Below, piece after piece: positions 55,793 to 61,960 of a DNA stretch of 61,960 bases (position 1 is its first letter; every line of letters begins with the position of its first letter). A model generated the notes under the pieces. That model was not told the origin of the DNA, ran no database searches, and was given only the letters and a program-made list of their open reading frames with translations. Source of the DNA: Myxococcota bacterium (lineage in GTDB: Bacteria > Myxococcota_A > UBA796 > SXON01); the NCBI GenBank assembly GCA_040386535.1, contig JAZKFH010000051.1, positions 1 through 61,960 of the forward strand. The letters run 5' to 3'. A program made the translations under genes and the position numbers.

Positions 55793-58303
55793 GTGAAGGA
55801 ACCCTCGACCGGCCCCCTGACGCTCACGAGCCGCTCCGTCGCGACCGCGGTCGAACAACTCGCGCGCGCCGCCCTCGGGAACCCCGACAACGTCGCGCTC
55901 CGGGAGGCCCTGCACGCCGAGTCCGCCCCCGCCCCGGCGATCTTCCGCGCGCTGCTCGCGGTGGTGTACCGCGTCGCCGTGCTCCAGGTGGCGGCCGCCC
56001 GTCGTGATGCGTCGGTGCCTGGGCTCGTGGGCTGGCGAGGAGTTGTCCGGACGGTCTCCGTCGAGGGTGAGCTTGGCGCGCTCGGGCTCGCCGCGCCGCT
56101 GGCACCCTCCGCGCCCGCCACCCCGCTCGACGCCCTCCTCGCCGCCGACATCGATGACGCCGATGTCACCGCGTTCCTCGACCTGTTCGTCGGCGCCCTC
56201 CGGCCCGGCGAGGACACCGCGTTCGGCGCGCTCCACGAGGCGATGCTCGCGTGCGAGCCCACGCTGGTCGGGGGGGAGCTTGCCGCGAACGCCGCCGGGC
56301 GAGGGCGGCGGGCGAGCGGCAGCTTCTACACGCCGGCGCCGCTCGTGACGTGGCTCCTGGACGCGGCGCTGACACCGGCGCTCGACGACGCGGCGGCGGC
56401 GGGGGGAGCAGGGAGCGACGCGATCCTCGCCCTCCGCATCTGCGACCCCTCGTGCGGCGCCGGCGCGTTCCTGGAGCCCGCGGCGCGACGGGTGGCCGCG
56501 CGGCTCGGGGGAGGCGGGGCGGCGCTCCGCGAAGTGGTGCGGCGCTGCATCTACGGGGTGGACCTCGATCCGCTCGCCGTGTTCGTGTGTCAGGCGACGC
56601 TCTGGCTCGCCACGCTCGACCCCGACACTTCGCCCGAGGCCGCACGCACCACGGCCGCGGCGCTCGCGGCGCACGTCCGGCGCGGCGACGCCCTGCTCGG
56701 CGCCGACGATGCGCTGGTGCGCGCGGGGCTCCCCGACCTCGCGTTCACCACGCACCCCGGCGACGACCGGGCCGTGGCCCTCGGGTGGCGTGCACAGAAC
56801 CGGGCCGAACGCCGCGCCCTGGAGAGCAGGGGGGCAGGCCGGGGAGAGGTGGGTGGGGCGGGGGCAGGAGGGCGGGCCGCCACCGTCGAGCCCGTTGGCG
56901 CCGCGAACCCCGCGTCCATCGACGTCCTCGACGCCTGGTGCGCCGCGTTCCTCTGGCCGCGCACCGCCGAAGCGCCGCCGCCGCCCACGACGGGCTCCCT
57001 CCAGCCGTCGCCGCTCCTCCGCGCGCTGACCCGCGCGCCTGCCACCACCGAGCTGGTGGCGCGCCTCGCCGCCGCGCACGGCTTCTTCCACTGGGGGCGC
57101 GCGTTCCCGGAGGTCGGCGAGGGCTTCGACGTGATGTTAGGGAACCCGCCGTTCCTGAACCAGCTCGAGCAGGGCACGGTGACGACGCGCCCCGCCGCCG
57201 CCCTGCTGCGCGCGCGGTTCCCCGACGAGGTGGGCGCCTATACCGACACCGCCGCGCTCCTGCTGCTGCACGCGGCCCGGCGCCTGCGCCCCGGCGGGCG
57301 GCTCGCGATGGTGCAGCCCCAGTCGATCCTCGCCGCGCAGGACGCCCGCGCGGTGCGCGCCGCGCTGGTGGCCGTGGCGCCGCCGACCCACGTGTGGTGG
57401 TCGGGCGCGCACGTGTTCCCGGGCACGTCGGTGTACGTGACCGCGCTCGCGCTCCGTCGCGGGCCGCCCGTGGCCGCCCTCACGCGCGCCCACGGCATCA
57501 CGTTCGCCGCGCTTCCCGACCGCGCGCTCGACATCGACGCGCTCGCGACGGCCGACACCTGGGCGCCGCTCGTGGCCGACGCCCTCGGCGCGCCCCCCCT
57601 CACGCTGCGGACCCGCGGCACGCTGGGAGAGCTCGCCGAGGCCACCGCCGACTTCCGCGACGAGTACTACGGGCTCGTGCCGTTCGTGGTCGATCGGGTG
57701 GACGCGGACGAGGCGCGGTTTCCGCGGCTGGTGTTGACCGGGCACGTCGACCCGGCGCGCTCGTGGTGGGGGGCGCGGCCGGTCCGGTTCGGCAAGCGCG
57801 CGTGGGCGGCGCCGCGGATCGATCTCGGTGCGCTCGAACGGGACGGAGCGCTCGCGGCGTGGGCGGCGGCGCGTCGTGTCCCGAAGGTGCTCGTGGCGAC
57901 GCAGACGAAGGTGCTCGAGGCGGTCGCCGACCCCGACGGCACCTGGCTCACCACGACCCCCACGATCACGGTCACGCCGCGTGATCCGGCGCAGCTCTGG
58001 CGCGTGGCCGCCGTGCTGCTCGGGCCGCCCGCGTCCGCCTGGGCGCTGACGCACTACGGCGCCACCGCCCTGGCCGCCGGCGCGGTGAAGCTGTCCGCGC
58101 GGCAGGTCCTGGCCATCCCGCTCCCGATGCACGACGACGCGTGGGACGAGGCCGCCCGGCACGTCGCCGACGCGCACGCAGCGCCCGACGCGCGCGGCGC
58201 CCGCACGCTCCTCGAGCTCGCGGGGAGGGCGATGGTGCGCGCCTACGAGGGGGACGCCGCCCTGTACACGTGGTGGCGGGAGCGGCTGCCGGCGGCGGGG
58301 TGA
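55793..58303 (+). CDS. Eco57I/PglX-like DNA methyltransferase, orphan
   Basis: SGSFYTP, CDPSCGAGAFL, IYGVDLDP, FFHWGRAFPEV..GFDVMLGNPPF. Confidence 0.85.
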   Translation: MKEPSTGPLTLTSRSVATAVEQLARAALGNPDNVALREALHAESAPAPAIFRALLAVVYRVAVLQVAAARRDASVPGLVGWRGVVRTVSVEGELGALGLAAPLAPSAPATPLDALLAADIDDADVTAFLDLFVGALRPGEDTAFGALHEAMLACEPTLVGGELAANAAGRGRRASGSFYTPAPLVTWLLDAALTPALDDAAAAGGAGSDAILALRICDPSCGAGAFLEPAARRVAARLGGGGAALREVVRRCIYGVDLDPLAVFVCQATLWLATLDPDTSPEAARTTAAALAAHVRRGDALLGADDALVRAGLPDLAFTTHPGDDRAVALGWRAQNRAERRALESRGAGRGEVGGAGAGGRAATVEPVGAANPASIDVLDAWCAAFLWPRTAEAPPPPTTGSLQPSPLLRALTRAPATTELVARLAAAHGFFHWGRAFPEVGEGFDVMLGNPPFLNQLEQGTVTTRPAAALLRARFPDEVGAYTDTAALLLLHAARRLRPGGRLAMVQPQSILAAQDARAVRAALVAVAPPTHVWWSGAHVFPGTSVYVTALALRRGPPVAALTRAHGITFAALPDRALDIDALATADTWAPLVADALGAPPLTLRTRGTLGELAEATADFRDEYYGLVPFVVDRVDADEARFPRLVLTGHVDPARSWWGARPVRFGKRAWAAPRIDLGALERDGALAAWAAARRVPKVLVATQTKVLEAVADPDGTWLTTTPTITVTPRDPAQLWRVAAVLLGPPASAWALTHYGATALAAGAVKLSARQVLAIPLPMHDDAWDEAARHVADAHAAPDARGARTLLELAGRAMVRAYEGDAALYTWWRERLPAAG

Positions 58304-58365
58304 GTGCGGGGTCCGTGTCCCCGGAACCGCGCGCCGGAACCCCGCCGACGCGATAGCGCGCGTGC

Positions 58366-59001
58366 ATGGATGGTTCCCGCAAGCTCACCCTCGCGCTCGG
58401 CCTCGTCGCCGTCGTCTCCACGGTCACGGCCGTAACGCTGGCGCTGCGCCCCGGCGGCTCGGAGGCCGATGCCCGGCTCCCCGCCCCCCCGGCGCCCGCC
58501 GAGCTGGTGCCGACCGAGCCCCACACCCCCGGGGGGCCCAACGCGATCGCCGCCAAGGCCCTCGCGGAGGGCGGCCCGCGCGCCCCGACCGTGGGCTCGT
58601 CCGCCGGCGCGCCGCGGCGGAGCGTGACGAACTTCCGGACGGCGTTCGACGCGTCGGCGCCGGGCACCGAATGGGACTGCGTTGCCGCGGCCGGGGCGCA
58701 CGCCGCGGGCCGGCTGGACGCCGGGGGCACAGAGGACGGGGGCGCCGATCCCACCGTCGCCGCCGCGTGCTCGGGGGGCGGACCCGATACGCTCGAAGGC
58801 TTCGTGCGCGTGGCGACGATGCCCCAGGCTGGCACTTCGGCCTGCGAAGTCACCGTCTCGTACACCGTGACGCGCGGGGCCACGAAGAGCCCGGGCAAGG
58901 ACCTCCGCGGCGCGCGCGTGCCCGGTGGCGCCCCGGACAGCTGCCTCGCGTCGTTGGCGGGCGTCCGTGACACGCTCGCGGAGCGGATCGCGGCGCCGTA
59001 G
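58366..59001 (+). CDS. Hypothetical exported/membrane-anchored protein
   Basis: N-terminal TM or signal segment, Pro-rich linker, four Cys. Confidence 0.6.
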   Translation: MDGSRKLTLALGLVAVVSTVTAVTLALRPGGSEADARLPAPPAPAELVPTEPHTPGGPNAIAAKALAEGGPRAPTVGSSAGAPRRSVTNFRTAFDASAPGTEWDCVAAAGAHAAGRLDAGGTEDGGADPTVAAACSGGGPDTLEGFVRVATMPQAGTSACEVTVSYTVTRGATKSPGKDLRGARVPGGAPDSCLASLAGVRDTLAERIAAP

Positions 59002-59022
59002 CGCCCCCGCAGAACTTGCGGA

Positions 59023-60237
59023 CTACGACGGGTCTTCGATCCGCCCGACGAACAGCACGCTCCCCGTGAGCAGGTCTCGGATGACGAACAGGTAGGGGTG
59101 ATCGGCCGTGATGACGATCGGCTCCAGAGCGGCGGAATAGTCGGTCATCGACACGCCGGTCGCGGCGGCGGCCTCGGTGCCTTCTTCGTCGATGCTGACG
59201 AACGCCTTGTGCACGACGGCGTCGACGTTGAGCGTCGACCCTTCCATCATGCCCGAGAAATCGGCGAGGCCGCGGTCGAAGGCGTCCACCATGCCGAGCG
59301 CCTGGAGGTCCGGCTTCAGGGATCGCTCATAGGTGAGCTCCACCTTCGGCATGTGAACAGACACCGTCGAGATCGAGAGGTCAGCCATGGCGGCACGGAA
59401 CGTCTCCCCGTCGAGCGCGCTCTCCACGGCGGCGAGGCCCGCGGGATCGTCGGGTACGATGAGGTCCATTGCGAGATCTCCGCCGCGATACGGCAATTCG
59501 ACGATCTGGGCGCCCTCGATGGTGGCGTACGCGAGGTCTTCCCCGACGAGGGACATCATCGGGACCTGCACGGTGTCACCGGACAGCAGGGTGAAGTCGC
59601 CGTCTTGGGTCAAGTCGGCGTCGAACGCGTACTCCCAGGAACCCTTGAAGTAAATGGCGTTCGCCAGGACCAGCGCGGTGTCCGAGGTGATGGCGGCCGG
59701 GGCGAACAAGTCCTGGATCAGATTGTGCGTCTGGTCGGCCACCCAATCGTTGATGTGGACGCGAGCGCCATCCGCGTTGCCGTCGAAGTCCAACTCCTCC
59801 ATCGGGGCGAGGTAGTCGGTGTCGGTGCGCTCCACGAAGTCGGCGTTCCAGTCGTACCCCTCCTGCCCGAACAGGCGATTGGCGATGTCGAGTTGGTACG
59901 GCGCGCGTTTGTCCTGGTCGAGATCGTCCATCAGCGCGCCGAACAGCGGGTGGAACTCGTCATCCGGCACGCAGATGCGCAGGGCGTCGCGCATCTGCGT
60001 GGCGGTGTCACCGGCGGCGCCGGCGTAGGTCATGGCGAGGGCGCCGGACATGCTGAAGGGGGAGAAGAATGCGTTTCCACCCTCCGCCGCGACGATGTGC
60101 TCGATATCGAACGCGAACGCGTCGTTCCCAGCGACCAGCTCCGCTATGCCCGGCGTCGACGAATCGATTTCCCGGCGCGTGACTGAGGGGACACAAGCGG
60201 CGGTGACAGCGAGGGCAAGGAGAGCGAAGCGGTGCAT
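59023..60237 (-). CDS. Serpin family lipoprotein
   Basis: SD GGAGG, TAAC lipobox, FSPFS, NAIYFKGSW, hinge EEGTEAAAATG, ADHPYLFVI, LFVGRI. Confidence 0.95.
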   Translation of the reverse strand: MHRFALLALAVTAACVPSVTRREIDSSTPGIAELVAGNDAFAFDIEHIVAAEGGNAFFSPFSMSGALAMTYAGAAGDTATQMRDALRICVPDDEFHPLFGALMDDLDQDKRAPYQLDIANRLFGQEGYDWNADFVERTDTDYLAPMEELDFDGNADGARVHINDWVADQTHNLIQDLFAPAAITSDTALVLANAIYFKGSWEYAFDADLTQDGDFTLLSGDTVQVPMMSLVGEDLAYATIEGAQIVELPYRGGDLAMDLIVPDDPAGLAAVESALDGETFRAAMADLSISTVSVHMPKVELTYERSLKPDLQALGMVDAFDRGLADFSGMMEGSTLNVDAVVHKAFVSIDEEGTEAAAATGVSMTDYSAALEPIVITADHPYLFVIRDLLTGSVLFVGRIEDPS

Positions 60238-60673
60238 GGGAACCTCTGGCGGGGGTATTGCACGAGGTGTGCCACACCGCTGAAACGCGCCCGTTGCGGA
60301 TCGAGGGTGCTCAACGCGCGTCTTTGGGCGCGGCGGACCGCGACATGCATGCCCGACCGCGGCGGTGGCTCCGAGCGGGGCCCGCCCCCAGCCCGGGCAG
60401 CTCCCCGCGATGATGGCGATGCACCAGCTGGCGGACGGGATCGCCGGCCGCGGCGGCCGCGACGCGATCAGCACCCGGCTGTTCTTCTTCACCGGGCCCA
60501 AGCTCACCGGCTGGAGCACGATGGGGAGTGCTGGCGGCGGCTCGTTGTCCGTCACGCTCCACGACGACGCGGATCCGTGGGATCTTTAGGAGACCCTCAC
60601 CCGAGCGCCAACTCGTGACCGCCCAAGACAAGGGCCGGCTCTACCTTCAGACACCAGATGGAGGCAGTTCGCC

Positions 60674-61846
60674 ATGAACATCCTTTTCTTGGTGCTCGCC
60701 GGCTGTGGCGGAGTCATCGATTCGCTCAACCCCTTCGACAACGGGGGCCCGGAGGATCCCGGCATGCCTCCTGGCGACACGAGCATCGAACCGCAGGCCG
60801 ACGCGCCGGGGGCGGGGTTTCCGTTCGCCGACGACCAAGTCTTCGAGATCGCCCTGACGCTCTCGCCGGAAGCCGCGGCCGGCCTCGATCGCAACGGCGA
60901 CTACGTGCCCGGCACGTTCAGCTTCGCGGGGTTCGAGGTCGAGACCGGCGTACGCCTCAAGGGCGCCGGCACCTTCGACAGGCTCGATGGAAAGCCATCC
61001 TTCAAATTGAACTTCGGAGCGTTCACACCCGACACGGGGTTCCTCGGTGTCGAGCGCCTGACCCTCAACGCCATGAAGTTCGATCGTAGCAAGATGCGCG
61101 AGGCCGTGGCGTACCACATCTACGAGCGGATGGGTGTGCCGGGGCCGCAGCACGGGTATGCCCAACTCAGCATCAACGGGGAGAACTACGGCCTGTACAG
61201 CCTGGTGGAGACGCTGGACGAGAACTTCCTCAACCGCGCCTACCCCGACGATGACGACGGAAACCTCTACGACACCGTGTTCGTGGCTTCCGACCTCACT
61301 ACGGCAGGGCTCCCCAACTTCGTCCACCAGGAGGGGGACCCGGCGACGGCCCATACGGACCTTGCCGACCTGGTCGCCGCCCTGGACAGCGGGCCTTTCT
61401 GGGACGTGTTCCAGGCACGCTTCGACGTGGACACCACGTTGATGTTCCTGGCCATCGATCTCGCGTCACCGAATTGGGACGGGTATTCCCGAAACAGAAA
61501 CAATTTCCTCGTGTACCACGCGACGGTGGCCGACCGTTGGACGATCGTGCCCTGGGGCCAGGACAGCGCGTTCTATGGGGGCGGCACCCTGTACATGGGC
61601 CTCAAGTCGCGCCTCACGACGGATTGTATGAACGACGTGGCGTGCCGGCCGGCGCTCGAGGAGAAGATCCGCGAGTTGATGATCGTTTGGGAGGACGAGG
61701 ACCTCCACGGGTGGGCGAGCACCATCGCGGATCTCATCGATCCCGCGTGCCAGGCCGATCCGCGCAAGGAGGAGGAGTGCCAGCAGGCGGAGATGCTCGA
61801 GCTCCTGGAGGTGCGTCCGGGCGAAGTGCGGCTCGAGGTTCCGTAG
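60674..61846 (+). CDS. CotH kinase family lipoprotein
   Basis: LAGC lipobox, GVRLKG, KPSFKLNF, LTLN, YGLYSLVE, NWDGY..NN, IVPWGQDSAF. Confidence 0.9.
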   Translation: MNILFLVLAGCGGVIDSLNPFDNGGPEDPGMPPGDTSIEPQADAPGAGFPFADDQVFEIALTLSPEAAAGLDRNGDYVPGTFSFAGFEVETGVRLKGAGTFDRLDGKPSFKLNFGAFTPDTGFLGVERLTLNAMKFDRSKMREAVAYHIYERMGVPGPQHGYAQLSINGENYGLYSLVETLDENFLNRAYPDDDDGNLYDTVFVASDLTTAGLPNFVHQEGDPATAHTDLADLVAALDSGPFWDVFQARFDVDTTLMFLAIDLASPNWDGYSRNRNNFLVYHATVADRWTIVPWGQDSAFYGGGTLYMGLKSRLTTDCMNDVACRPALEEKIRELMIVWEDEDLHGWASTIADLIDPACQADPRKEEECQQAEMLELLEVRPGEVRLEVP

Positions 61847-61960
61847 CGGCGACGGGCGGCGGCGGGCTACCGCGCATCCGGCGACCGGACGCGTACGGCG
61901 ACGATCTCAGGGCTGAGGTTTAGCCACTTCGGCTCATTCCTCAGGTTCTCCGATCCCTTC

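Noticed and set aside
34647..58303. Complete restriction-modification, BREX or DISARM system
   Set aside because: No endonuclease, specificity subunit, helicase, PglZ or ATPase partner is found next to either methyltransferase.
60365..60589. Short ORF between serpin and CotH (..STRLFFFTGPKLTGW..DPWDL)
   Set aside because: It could be a gene remnant, but there is no clear start signal or family motif to support a call.
61867..61960. 3' end of a minus-strand gene entering from the window edge
   Set aside because: Only about 30 codons are visible, with no identifiable motif.

Overview
Very GC-rich bacterial chromosome segment, most likely Myxococcota (MYXO-CTERM-type tail, MopE-like DCDD..PGA.E.C repeats, FG-GAP lipoproteins, TonB-C/TBDR fusion). 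It holds about 50 credible CDSs and no rRNA, tRNA, CRISPR array, integrase or transposase that I can see. Content: two FG-GAP/Cys-Asp-repeat surface proteins; a secreted caspase-like protein divergent from a DUF4384-like protein; a stress/desiccation block (otsAB fusion, VIT1, DUF1264, KGG peptide, sugar dehydrogenase-cytochrome c); a hydrolase-murF-ddl operon; a DUF2157-DUF4401-GDYXXLXY operon; two orphan N6/N4 DNA methyltransferases; several peptidases and a serpin. The best candidate for an undescribed system is a three-gene operon at 42842-46082: an ACAD-fold flavoprotein lacking the catalytic Glu, a signal-less PhnD-fold protein with His/Cys motifs, and a TusA-like/di-iron ferritin fusion. 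Other notable signals are probable CTG initiation in two exported proteins, probable leaderless genes, very short signal peptides without basic residues, three palindromic repeat families and a ~190-nt rod-like hairpin between purine-rich direct repeats. All product calls come from motif recognition by eye; no database searches were run.
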